DNA from: Octopus sinensis
Taxonomy: Eukaryota
Reading direction: 5' to 3'
DNA length: 64,000 nucleotides
Assembly (NCBI RefSeq): GCF_006345805.1
Contig: NC_042997.1
Location: forward strand, 53,382,001-53,446,000
Shown: positions 22,336 to 35,089 of the stretch, piece by piece
How positions within the stretch are numbered: position 1 is the first letter of the stretch
Layout: the number at the start of each line of letters is the position of its first letter
Notes under the pieces: model-generated
What the model was told of the DNA's origin: nothing
Seen by the model: only the letters and a program-made list of their open reading frames with translations
The model's database searches: none
Program-made: the position numbers and the translations under genes

Positions 22336-23115
22336 CATATATATATATATGGTGGGCTTCTTTCAGTTTCTCTCTAAGAAAGTCACTTGCAAGGCTTTTC
22401 ACTTATTTTACAAAATTTTTGGCAATATATTTTTATATAGTTCTAACAAGATCTTAAATTGCTTTCATGACAAAGCCTACATTATTTCAGAGAAAGCTTT
22501 CTCACATCAAATCATATTCAATAAATTGCAATTTTATGAATTAGTAGTTGAGAAGCTTTTTCACTTTGGAATTACATGAAATGTATTAGTAGTGTTTTGG
22601 AAAATATACTGTGATGTGTATACCATTTAAAATTTTGTTATGCTTTGTTGCAATAATGCCTAGATTGAGATAATCTTTTCTAACATAAACTCAAGGCCAC
22701 AAATTTAAAGGTGGAGGTTAGTTGACCTCCTTGTTTGACTGCTTATACACACATATCTAAAGAAAGGTTATCGCTACTTGACAGATTTTGTCAATACATT
22801 AATTTCAATAAAACTTGAAATGATGAAATAATATTACCATATGTCAACTATTATAATTTCTTTGAAATGTTATGCAATTATTATATATTCATATATGTCA
22901 CCACACATTTCTGTTTTCAATGACTGAATTGATATTAACTGCTAATAAAAAGTATAAGGCCGCTCTAATTTGAAATGTTACAGAAACCTGTAATTTGGAT
23001 GTTTGTTATCAGCAGTTTTTAAAATTGATATCCTCATAGCAATGACCTTAGTTTATATTTAGTTAACCTGTATTTACTTTCATATTTTCTTTTAGTAGTT
23101 TTTCTTTTCAACTAG

Positions 23116-23198
23116 TTAGTAGAAGGACTTGACAACTTGAAAGAGCAACTTTGTTTTACAAATCCTTTGTTTGTGGAGAAGCTGCCATATATTAACAT
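23116..23198 (+). CDS. Candidate exon LVEGLDNLKEQLCFTNPLFVEKLPYIN
   Basis: Good acceptor tttcttttcaactag| and an open frame, but a weak donor (gtgtat). Confidence 0.2.
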
Positions 23199-23265
23199 GT
23201 GTATATTATCTAACTGAATTAATATTTTCTTATAAAATAGTGTGCAGTAGTCTATGAATAGCCTT

Positions 23266-23480
23266 ATTCTTTTCTACTCTAGGCACAAGGACTGAAATTT
23301 TTGGGGAGGGGGCTAGTCGATTAGATCAACCCCAGTATGCAACTGGTACTTAATTTATTGACCCTGAAAGGATGAAAGGCAAAGTCAACCTCAGCGGAAT
23401 TTGAACTCAGAATGTAAAGACAGATGAAATACCACTAAGCATTTCGCCCGGGCTGCTAATGTTTCTGCCAGCTTGCTGCC
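23266..23480 (-). mobile_element. SINE family A
   Basis: Near-complete reverse copy with CpG-to-TpG/CpA decay. Confidence 0.85.
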
Positions 23481-24069
23481 TTTATGGATTGCAATATTGA
23501 AGAATTTTCATTATCAAATTTTCTGAAGAAAATATTAATGTTACTAAAACTATTACAATATATATATATATATACACTTAATACTATTAATTTTAGTACA
23601 CATATTTTAAGCTAAATTATATCTTCTCAGTTAAATACACTTTTCTATCTATTTACTCTATTTTTTTACCTTAAATATTTAACATAATAAATGTATTGTG
23701 GGAAATTGATATTAATGTTTTAAAATTCAAATTTAGTTAATGGTATTTCTTCTATAAGAAAAACATTATTTTATTTTATTTTTTAATAAATATTGTTTAA
23801 CTCTATTTGCTTATTTAACTATTATTGTTAACCTGAAGATTGACTATAATTTTAAATTGAATTCTTTCAATTAAATTTAAATTTAATTGTAATTCGAATT
23901 TAATTATAGCCATGAAATGTTTGTAGTTTTTTACTTATTATATATTGATTATTCACTTTATACTTTTTGTGATGTAATTATGTTTTATAAAAATATGTTT
24001 TGGTTTGTGTCTATCATTGTTTGAATTGCATAACAGAGGTTTTATCTCTAATTTGTGTTTTATATATTA

Positions 24070-24116
<47 letters not shown>

Positions 24117-25148
24117 TGTTCTGCACATACTCGTAGTACAGTGTCCAACCATTTCCGCCCTGTGGGCCTAGTTTGAACGACTGCTATTGTGTGTGGGACG
24201 AGTCAGTTTATCAGCTGAGTCTGTCATGAATATTGAAGCGCCTCCTTCCTTGAAATGGGAAAGATGAGCCATTTTCATCATACTTGTGGCTATGCTGAAA
24301 GAATGTGTATGGTGGACGCATCTGAAAAGTCTAGAGACAAACACTTTCCTATCTAGTGAATCTCTCAATTTCTTCAAGTATCAACTTCAAGTAAAAGAAT
24401 AGAGTCGTACAAGATTTGTATGACTCTATTCTTTTCTTCTTTTATTCTTTCCTTCTTTCTATCAGCTCTTTCAAGCTTACTTCATTCATTCCACTCTTCG
24501 TTCTTTTGTTCCCCCTCTCTCACATTATATTGCCTTCTCTTCATGCTCACTTTCCCTCCTCTTTTCACTTCACTGTGTCTCTGTCATTTTTTGTCGCCCC
24601 CTCCTTATTTCTCCTGTCCCTCTGTCTATTCGTCTCTCGCTTCTCTCCCTATGTGACCGGTGTTCAGCTAAGCCTCACCTTTGTTTCTTAGTTTGGCTGC
24701 TGTCCGTGCAACATCTATATTCTTCCCTGTGCCTGTGAAATTATGTATCCCTGCCGTAAGGCTTTACTTCCAAACATGCCGGCTTAATTTAATTCATCCT
24801 TAGTCAAAAGACACCTGTTGTTATGTTCTGTTATTTGTATTTGTGTAACCTCTTTTTTTTTTTTCCATCCTTGTTTTTGTATACATTTGCTGCTTTCCTC
24901 CAAGGAATCTAATGCTCTTAGCTTAGTTTTTCCTTGGGGCTGGCCAGATTGGAGCAATCTTGAGTATAACCAGCTGAAATTGCTTAGGTAATATGGAACT
25001 CGACTGAGGAAAGAAAACTTTGAATAACCTGTCCTTGTTTTCTTTGTATCATCTATATGGATGTATATCACCTGTCTGGATGTTTTGCGCTCTTGTCCCA
25101 TTTTATATTTATATATATATATATATAAATATAATATATAGTATATGT

Positions 25149-25372
25149 GGAGGCATGTGGCTTAGTGGTTAGGGTGTTGAACTCATGATTGTAATGTGGT
25201 TTCGATTCCTGGACCGGGCGATGCATTGTGTTCTTGAGCAAAACACTTCATTTCACATTGCTCCAGTTCACTCAGCTGGCAAAAATGAGTAATCCTGTGA
25301 CAGACCGGCATCCCGTTCAGGTGGGGATTTTCTATGCCACTGAAACCAGGAAACTGGCCCTTATGAGCCTGA
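25149..25372 (+). mobile_element. tRNA-headed SINE with a CORE-like domain
   Basis: A box tggcttagtgg, B box ggtttcgattcc, then ttgagcaaaacacttcatttcacattgctccagttcactcagctggcaaaaatgagt. Confidence 0.8.
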
Positions 25373-25432
25373 CATTGCTCGTAACATTTATATATATAAT
25401 GTATATATATATATATATATATATATAGTATC

Positions 25433-25478
<46 letters not shown>

Positions 25479-25480
<2 letters not shown>

Positions 25481-25885
25481 TTCTCTTTACTCTTTTACTT
25501 GTTTCAGTCATTTGACTGCGGCCATGCTGGAGCACCGCCTTTAGTCGAGCAAATCGACCCCGGGACTTATTCTTTGTAAGCCCAGTACTTATACTATTGG
25601 TCTCTTTTGCCGAACCGCTAAGTGATGGGGACGTAAACACACCAGCATCGGTTGTCAAGCAATGCTAGAGGGACAAACACAGACACACAAACATATACAT
25701 ACACATACATACATATATATACATATATACGACAGGCTTCTTTCAGTTTCCGTCTCCCAAATCCACTCACAAGGCATTGGTTGGCCCGAGGCTATAGCAG
25801 AAGACACTTGCCCAAGATGCCACGCAGTGGGACTGAACCCAGAACCATGTGGTTGGTAGGCAAGCTACTTACCACACAGCCACTC
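25479..25885 (-). mobile_element. SINE family B (internal microsatellite, CR1-like tail)
   Basis: Full reverse copy of the element at 60677-61085. Confidence 0.9.
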
Positions 25886-25957
<72 letters not shown>

Positions 25958-26004
25958 TATATAATGTATACTATATGTATATTGTAAATATATATATATA
26001 TAGT

Positions 26005-26590
26005 ATATTTGTCCTAAGCTGCTTTGGCTATTGCTTTCAACTATGGTCACCAACCAGTGCAAAATTAATTGCAGAACTTGAGGCTATCCAATGAAGCTAC
26101 AGAAAGAAGATAGCCTTTATGCAGCATGTAAGCTACTGGGAAAGACTCAAGAGATTGAAACTCTATTCACTAGAGCGTAGGCGGGAAACATATGCCATAA
26201 TATACATCTTGAAGATCCTGGAGGGACTTGTCCAAAACTTGATCATTGAGAGTTACACTAATGCTAGAACTGGATGCCACTGCATAATGCCAAAGATTCC
26301 AACTTTGCCATCAAAATATAGGACAAGATATTGCAACAACCTGGGCTTTAAAGGCCCACAGCTTTTCAATATCCTCCTGAAGGACCTGAGAGACCTGCAT
26401 GGGGTGGATGTGTTTTCAAAATGAAACTAGATCTCTCACTGTCATGTGTCCCAGATGAACCAGCTTCACAGCAGGAAGTGCAAATGAGGGCCGTGGCATC
26501 AAACTCCCTCATGCACCAAATGTCAAGTTCTGAAAAGAATTAGTGAAGTAAAAATTATGTAGCAACACCAGATGGCAGTGCCCTAGCATT
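26005..26590 (+). mobile_element. CR1-clade LINE 3' fragment
   Basis: YWERLKRLKLYSLERRRETYAIIY...YCNNLGFKGPQLFN; same family as 15527-16140. Confidence 0.85.
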
Positions 26591-26829
26591 AATGCCTGTC
26601 AAATGTGTGTGTCTGTGTTTGTCCTTTCCCACCATTTGACAATCAGTGTTGGTTTGTTTATATCCCTACAACTTAGTGGTTCATCAAAAGAGACTGACAG
26701 AATAAGTACTAGAGAAAGAAATTCTGGATGTGATTTATTTGACTAAAGCCCTTCAAGGCAGTGCCCCAGCATGACTGCCGTTCAGTGACTGAAACAAATA
26801 ACAGAAGAAAAGAAGAGAAAAGATGATAT

Positions 26830-27051
26830 TTAACCTTTTGGCATTGAGATTATTCTGTCAAATATAATCCTTATTTATTCCCATTGCTTTGAATTAATCA
26901 TGCATTGTCTTGTAGTTTTGAGGTTTTGATGATGTGATTGTTTAGTTTTAGAAGGAAATTGTGCTATAATTATGAGAGGCCAAATTTGGCCAGTTTCAAC
27001 ATATAACTGGTAGAATATTTTGGGCCAGGTATGGTTGGTATAAAGGGTTAA
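26830..27051. mobile_element. piggyBac-type MITE
   Basis: TTAA-CCTTTT ... AAAGGG-TTAA termini; homologous to 42128-42354 and 51646-51870. Confidence 0.75.
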
Positions 27052-27131
27052 ATGCTAAGAGGCCTTCTTAACCATGTTTTGCGTGTAGTTAAAATGGTTA
27101 ATTAGTGATCATTTATTTATTTTAATTTTAG

Positions 27132-27206
27132 GTTGGCTGTTGTAAATTGGCTTCAACAAATCTATACATACTTTACTTTTCAATGGCAACAACTAGACAG
27201 AGTTGG
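27132..27206 (+). CDS. Candidate exon (two open frames: LAVVNWLQQIYTYFTFQWQQLDR, or ...MATTRQSW)
   Basis: Acceptor attttaattttag|; the available donors (gttggg at 27202, gtgaca at 27207) are weak. Confidence 0.25.
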
Positions 27207-28694
27207 GTGACACACCTGCGCTGTGCCAGCTACTGTGATTTAAACCAGCAAATAATTATCAATATATTAAACTTGTAAATATATTAATTTAAAACGATAC
27301 TAAATTAAATTACTTATCATTGGCCAAGAATTGAAACTATCCTGCAAACCCAGTTTGCTATGAAAATAATAATAATAATAAAAGGAAGCTAGTGAAAGAA
27401 TGCTGTATTTGAGGATTAGCAACAACATTCCTATATAAAGCACTTACAGCATTAGTTGTGCTAATAATAGGAATATTCTAGACTTGTACTTAGAATTGTT
27501 TTTTTTTTTTTGAAAAGCAGAAGATGCACTATATTTGTGTAACACTTCATCTGTAATCTGGATTGAGATCTGTAAATATTAAATAGCTGTTTGGAATCAA
27601 GTTGACATTTACTTTGGATTATAAACCTTGACTTTTAGTCGCAAATTCAGTTATAGCAATAACATATCATAGGCATAATTTTTACCACTTTCATGGCCAT
27701 TTTTCAATGTCCGTACATATTAATTTTGAAATAACCTCTTTTCATATGTCTCTGTCACTTCATCTTATCTTCATCTTAAATAGCATCTTTTGTTAGGTTC
27801 ATGGAAGATGTTTCCTTTTAATTAGAAACTTCACTAATTGCATTTATTATGGAGCATATAATACAATCATTAGAACTGATGAAAAATAGTAGTTAGTAGC
27901 CTACATGAACGAAAAAGAGAAATGAGATGTGTTTGATTATTATGAGGATAGAAAATATTTCTAATGAATGGCTTTGTTTAAAATATAGACATTTCCTCTC
28001 CCTCTGCTCTTTCAAAGCAAAATGGATGACGCCTGTTTTTGTTATTAATAATAGTTAGCTATTGTTAGCCTATAATATACTGAAGGAGACAGTTACTTGT
28101 CTCCTTGAGTTTTAGTGTTTGTTTCTAATGTGAATCCCTTTGCTTGGAGTCATGATGTTTGAAATTAAAAACAATTAAATACAAAATTTCAATATAATAA
28201 ATTGTTTTAAAGTTAAATGCATATTAGAATAGTGTTTTTAAATTCTGCTTTGTGTAGGAATATACTGTTCCAGAAACTTTTAGTAGTTTTAGTTTGGGAA
28301 AGATCTTGTTATTATTAAGAGCAATTCATAATACCTCACGTTTCCAGACCAAGGCAGTGTGTATGGTATCTTTATCCACATTATTACTGCTTTTAGAGCT
28401 ATTCTGGTGTGGTAGGCGAAGATGCTCCATGATTTTAGCCAGGTGTCAGATGTTTCTGGGCTGTGTGATACAGAAAAGCATCCTTTACTTTTTTGGCATT
28501 TGTCTGACATGTACTACTATGGTGGGCAAACACCTTATTTTGTTGGGATAAAGGATATTTTTTTTTGAATAAGAGATCTAAAGGAATATACATTTGATGA
28601 TTGTTTTAGTGACATGCTTAGAAATATATATAAATAAGTCTAAAAAGATGCATTTCAAATGCCAGTCCAGTTACAACTAACAACTTCATAATAC

Positions 28695-28978
28695 ATCATC
28701 ATCATCATCATCGTTTAACGTCCGTTCTCCATGCTAGCATGGGTTGGACAGTTCGACCGGGGATCTGGGAAGCCAGAAGGCTGCACCAGGCTCCAGTCTG
28801 ATCTGGCAGAGTTTCTACGGCTGGATGCCCTTCTTAACGCCAACCACTCCGAAAGTGTAGTGGGTGCTTTTTACATGCCACCGGCACAGGTGCCGGGCAA
28901 GGCTGGCAACAGCCACGATCAGATTGGTGCTTTTTACGTGCCACTGGCACAGAAGCCAGTCAAGGCGGCACTGGCAAC
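28695..28978 (-). mobile_element. Short RTE 3'-tail insertion
   Basis: (atc)n cgtttaacgtccg...ccatgctagcatggg; absent from the duplicate locus near 30404. Confidence 0.9.
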
Positions 28979-29169
28979 CCCTTAGACAGTAAAAAGGAGA
29001 AAGGCACCTGTGAGACTCAAATCTTGCAGACACTTGTGTTAACATTATAATAGAGTAAGGCGGCGAGCTGGTAGAAATGTTAGCATGGCAGGTCGAAATG
29101 CTTAGTGGTATTTCGTCTGTCTTTATATTCTGAGTTCAAAGTTAGAGCTGAAGTATCTTTGCTGCAGAG

Positions 29170-29700
29170 AATAATCAACATTGTATTGCTGATTTGAAGA
29201 ACCAAGGAATTCTAGGAATAACGGTCGTAGTGTGGTAAATTGATATGGATTGCCTTCATTAGGTAATGGTTACATAGTCTTAGAGAAACATGTTGGTGGT
29301 TAAGTTAATCTGGAGGAACGAAACAATTCTAAAATGCCTGGATAGATAGTAGGTCAGTCAGAAATGTTGTACAAACAGTTCAAAATATTCTTAGAACATG
29401 AAGTGATATGATGCAGGCAGTTTAAAATTGGCAAATATTATCAACCATGTGCCATCAGGTCCAAGTAGGGTTGTGTATAGAAAATATCTAAAGAAGGTGG
29501 TTCCAGAGATGTGTAAGTGAGGTTGTTGTCATCACATGCAGAATGAAAGATAATCAAACAACAATTCAGTGAATAGTAGATACAGCTGATAAGTAGAGAG
29601 GAGTGGAGAAAAACGGTTTTGAATGTCTTTGTTACCAATGTGGACAGAGAAGTAGTCGTAAACAGAGTGGTTTCCATTGCAATGCAAACTCAACTTTTAG
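29170..29700 (-). mobile_element. Possible very old LINE endonuclease remnant
   Basis: PTIYPGILELF...LGSSNQ resembles the APE motifs PTR...LDLF...LGxSDH; many stops. Confidence 0.3.
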
Positions 29701-30266
29701 GAAAGATTTTAAAGAGGCTAAGCTGCATAGATGTTAAAAGTTTACACATCAGATGTGAATTATATGTGTGGTTTGTGTGAATCAATGAAACTTTATATCT
29801 GGAAGCTGTGTTTTAATCTTTGAAATTTTGATTATTGCTTTATGAATGTATGAGATTTCCAGGCTTCTGTAATTTTGAGATAAATGTTTGAAAGTTAAGA
29901 ATGAAAATAATTTTATGTAACAGAGTTAGTGCTATAAGATATTTTCGAATATTATTTATATTATCAGGTTATCTTAAGATAGTTAAGCTCATTTTAAGTA
30001 TTGGTCTTATCATTTTGTTGGTAAGTAGACAATCTTCATTTGGAGATGGATGTAACCAATAATAATAAATAACTCTTTTGTAAATGATATATTTTGAATG
30101 CCTGTCCAACTAATTAATAGCTCATAATTCTTAGGGTTAAAAACCTTTTAGATTGAAAAAAGGCAGAGGGCCATTTGCAAGACTTGAACCAAATATTTAC
30201 TTTAACCCCAACTGTTGTGATACCATTGTGCTAAAGTAATTTTCAACTTTTATCCATCGAAATTAG

Positions 30267-30291
30267 AAGCTTTTGTCTTACCTGCAAGAAG
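30267..30291 (+). CDS. Candidate 25-nt micro-exon (KLLSYLQE)
   Basis: Pyrimidine tract plus attag| acceptor and a consensus AAG|gtaagt donor. Confidence 0.3.
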
Positions 30292-30510
30292 GTAAGTTTG
30301 TCCACATTTAAAAAGTAACAATAGAAGTATCAAGAAATATATAAATAAGTCTAAAAAGATACATTTCAAATGCCAGTCAGTTACAACTAACAACTTCATA
30401 ATACTTAGGATTAAAACCCCTTGGACACTAAAAAGGAGAAAGGCACCTGTGAGACTCAAACCTTGTAGCTACTTTCACCCAGACACTTGTGTTAACATTA
30501 TAATAGAGTA

Positions 30511-30907
30511 AATCGGTGAGCTGGCAGAAATGTTAGCACGCCGGGCGAAATGCTTAGTGGTATTCGTCTGCTGCTACGTTCTGAGTTCAAATTCCACCGA
30601 GGTGGACTTTGCCTTTCATCCTTTTGGGGTCGATTAAATAAGTACCAGTTACGCACTGGGGTCGATATAATCAACTTAATCCATTTGTCTGTCCCTGTTT
30701 GTCCTCTCTGTGTTTAGCCCCTTGTGGGTAGTAAAGAAATAGGTATTTCGTCTGTCTTTATGTTCTGAGTTCAAATTCTGCCGAGGTCAGCTATACCTTT
30801 CATGCTTTCGGGGCCAATAAATTAAGTACCAGTTGCATACTGGGGCTGAACTAATCAACTGGCCTTCCTCCCAAAAAGTTTCAGGCCTTGTGCCTAGAGT
30901 AGAAAAG
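30511..30907 (+). mobile_element. Dimeric SINE family A with 17-bp TSD
   Basis: AACATTATAATAGAGTA at 30494-30510 and 30908-30924; the central domain is present twice. Confidence 0.9.
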
Positions 30908-30986
30908 AACATTATAATAGAGTAGCTTCCTTACTTCCATTTTTGTTATTAATAATGCTGAGACAGTTGAATGGATAGAGCATTGG

Positions 30987-31217
30987 GGCGGCGAGCTGGC
31001 AGAAACGTTAGCACGTCGGGCGAAATGCTTAGCCGTATTTCGTCTGCTGTTACGTTGTGAGTTCAAATTCCGCCGAGGTTGACTTTACCTTTCATCCTTT
31101 CGGGGTCGATTAAGTAAGTACCAGTTACGCACTGGGGTCGATGTAATCGACTTAATACCTATGTCTGTCCTTGTTTGTCCCTTCTATGTTTGGCCCCTTG
31201 TGGGTAATAAAGAAATA
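30987..31217 (+). mobile_element. Young full-length SINE family A with 14-bp TSD
   Basis: GGATAGAGCATTGG at 30973-30986 and 31218-31231; head ggcggcgagctggcagaa and B box gagttcaaattcc. Confidence 0.95.
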
Positions 31218-32899
31218 GGATAGAGCATTGGAATAGTTATTCATAGGTTATAAGTTCAAATCTACTGCTAGTGATTTTGTATATTTCCCCACTAGTACTC
31301 TGTTTATTCTGTATTGCCTGAGTCCACCCATCTGTTGGCTATGAATACTAGATCATGCAGGCATGTTATCTTGCTTCATTCCTCTTATTTCTATAATCTT
31401 GTAAATTGATATAGACATTAAAACTAAATAATAATAATACACATATGGCTTGAAATATGGTTGTTGTTTCATGCTGCTGCATTTGCTATAAATACTACAC
31501 AGTAGCAAACAAAGCTACCTTTCAATTGCAAACTTCTGCTTTATGCTTTTGTATTTGTTTGAAATAACAATGTATTTCATTTGAATTAAAATTGTGTGTT
31601 TGTGTGTATGCATTCATGTGTATGGTGTTTATTGATATGTGAGAGCATGTTTATGCACACATATGAGCACACACTCACATACACACGTACACACACAAAT
31701 ATGTGTGTGTGTGCATGCAAGTGTGTGTGTGCAAGTGTGTCTATGTGTGCATAAACATGCATACACATCACAATGAACACCATACACATTACTGCATGCA
31801 CAATTAAACAGACAGTATACATTTGTGTGTGTCTATGTGTGTGTGTGTGTGTGTATGAGAGAATCTGTTGTAATTGTATGTTTATATCGATTTTGAGGCT
31901 TTGCCAATGAAACCTAGACTGGAGTCTTTTTACAACATGTATTATTATTATTAACACTATCAAAAACTCATCTCTGACCTCAGCCATCACATTAATGACC
32001 TCAAGTGTGACCTTTGCAGTTGCTGCTGGCTCCACCTACATATTAACAGCATCTCATCCTACAACTTTACAGGCTGCTATCCACATCCCTAATTACTAGT
32101 CACAGAGAGGCAGTTCTGTCACATTTCTCCATCAATTATAATTTTCTCTTTTTATTTATGAGCGGATCAGTCTCAACCTAAATATTAAAACATCTCATAA
32201 CTATTAAAGGTTACATTTAATAATTGCCTTATGTACTTCACATATCTTTTCTTCTATCACCTATGCTTCGCGGTAAGTATTTGTAAGCCTGGCTCATTGT
32301 GTATTTAATATAGAGCTTATGTTGTCATCTGCTTCAGTATTGATATTCCCTCTTTGTTGTGAGTATTTTTAGCTTGTGTTGATGTTCCTTTTCATTACTT
32401 GTATTCTGGATCTGTCACTTCTTCTATCTTATTTTAAGTAATCCTGTTCAAAGGTTATTTCTGTTTCTATTTTCTAACATGTATAAAATTGTCTTAACTC
32501 ATCCCTTCGGCAGTAAACCAGTCTCTCATCTAACAACTATTCATTATTTGTTTATGTCTGAGTAGCTCATGCTTTGCTAATACTCTCCTCCTGAGGGGAC
32601 TATGTGCCTACCCAGCTCTGATTTCTTCTCAGATACGCAACTTTAACATGCATTTCTCAAACATAATCTGTCTGTATAAAGAAAGGGATGTCTACATGGT
32701 TTCCTGATAAGGTTGGACGAGAAGCCTGATTGCCCCTCTATTCCATACACTCATGAATTAAATGTTAGAGCACATAGTTACAGCCAGTGATAACCTGGGG
32801 GCTTAACAATAGTAACAACAACAGCCATTACATGCGTCCGTAGATAGTATATAGAAAGTAAATAAACATAAGCGATTGTGACCAACTTTCATAAAATAC

Positions 32900-33048
32900 A
32901 GTTTGTGTGTGTGTATATATGTGTGTGTGTGTGTGTGTGCATATATGTAGTCCAAACTATGCCAGCACAATGATGATGTACATAACGATGTGTCTGTAAT
33001 CATGTGTAGGCATGTGTGTGTGTATATATATATCTTGTATATATACAA

Positions 33049-33102
<54 letters not shown>

Positions 33103-33172
33103 TTATGTAGCTCTCTCTATATATATGTATATATACATTCTGTATGTATATATACATTTCTGTATATATTTA

Positions 33173-33228
<56 letters not shown>

Positions 33229-33955
33229 ATATATGTGTATATATAAATATTTATGAGTATATGTGTATATACATATTTATGAATATATAATTATATATAT
33301 ATGTATATGTATTTGTATGTATATATATAGATGTATATGTATTTGTATGTATATATGTATATGTATTTGTATGTATATATATGCATATGTATTTGTATGT
33401 ATGTATATGTATTTGTATGTATGTATATATGTATGTATATATATATATGTATATGTATGTATATATATGTATATGTATGTATGTATATATATATATATTT
33501 ATTTGTATGTATATATATATATGTGTATGTATGTATATATATATATGTATTTGTATGTATATATATGTATATATATATATGTATTTGTATGTATATATAT
33601 ATGTGTATGTATGTATATATATATATGTATTTGTATGTATATATATGTATATATATATACACTCATGTGTGTGTATATATATATATATGTATGTATAAAT
33701 ATATACTCATATATATATATTTATATATATATATGTACGTATAAATATATACTCATATATATATGTACTCATATGTATATATGTATATGTATATATGTTT
33801 ATAAGTACGTATATATATATTCATATATATTCATATATATATATATCATGGTTTAACATCTGCTTTCCATGCTAGCATGTGTTGATATATATATATGTAT
33901 ATATATATTCATATATATTCACATATATATATATATATAATATATATATATATAT
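32900..33955. repeat. ~1-kb compound (TA)/(TG)/TATG microsatellite
   Basis: A recurrent interruption tatttgtatgta defines 20-35-bp higher-order units. Confidence 0.95.
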
Positions 33956-33957
33956 AT

Positions 33958-34116
33958 GGCACAGGAGTGGTAAGTAGCTTGTTTACCAATCACATGGTTC
34001 TGGGTTCAGTCCCACTGCGTGGCACCTTGGGCAAGTGTCTTCTACTATAGCCTTGGGCCGACCAAAGCCTTGTGAGTGGATTTGGTAGACAGAAACTGAA
34101 AGAAGCCCGTCGTATA

Positions 34117-34166
<50 letters not shown>

Positions 34167-34362
34167 CGTGTGTGTTTGTGTATCTGTGTTTGTCCCCCAA
34201 GCATTGCTTGACAACCGATGCTGGTGTGTTTATGTCCCCGTCACTTAGCAGTTCGGCAAAAGAGACTGATCGAATAAGTCCCGGGGTCGAGTTGCTCGAC
34301 TAAAGGTGGTGCTCCAGCATGGCCGCAGTTAACTGACTGAAACAAGTAAAAGAGTAAAAGAG
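33958..34362 (+). mobile_element. SINE family B
   Basis: ggcacaggagtgg...gactgaaacaagtaaaagagtaaaag. Confidence 0.9.
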
Positions 34363-34576
34363 TATATATATACACATATGTATATAAATATATATTCATA
34401 TATATATATATGTGCATGTATGTATATTTATATATATATATATATCTATAAATCTCATCATCTTCATTGTTTAACGTCCGCTTTCCATGCTAGCATGGGT
34501 TGGACGATTTAATGCATATATATATATGCATACTCATATTTGTATATGTATATACATATATATACATACTCATATT

Positions 34577-34631
<55 letters not shown>

Positions 34632-34634
<3 letters not shown>

Positions 34635-35012
34635 GAAGCACTCTGTCGGTTACGACGACGAGGGTTCCGGTTGATCCGAATCAACGGAACAGCCTGCTCA
34701 TGAAATTAACGTGTAAGTGGCTGAGCACTCCACAGACACGTGTACCCTTAATGTAGTTCTGAGGGATATTCAGCGTGACACAGAGAGTGACAAGGCCGGC
34801 CCTTTGAAATACAGGTACAACAGAAACAGGAAGTAAGAGTGAGAGAAAGTTGTGGTGAAAGAGTACAGCAGGGATCACCACCATCCCCTGCCGGAGCCTC
34901 ATGGAGCTTTAGGTGTTTTCGCTCAATAAACACTCACAATGCCCGGTCTGGGAATCAAAACCGCGATCCGACCGCGAGTCCGCTGCCCTAACCACTGGGC
35001 CATTGCGCCTCC
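34632..35012 (-). mobile_element. tRNA-headed SINE family C, young
   Basis: Minus strand ggaggcgcaatggcccagtggttagggcagcggactcgcggtcgg...gattcccagaccggg; 3' module shared with 40953-41280. Confidence 0.85.
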
Positions 35013-35015
35013 ATG

Positions 35016-35059
<44 letters not shown>

Positions 35060-35089
35060 TATATATGCATACTCATATTTATATGTATA

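Noticed and set aside
25149-25225. tRNA genes at SINE heads (also 30987, 35012, 40953, 60677)
   Set aside because: They have A and B boxes but continue into SINE bodies, some with TSDs; I could not fold a complete cloverleaf.
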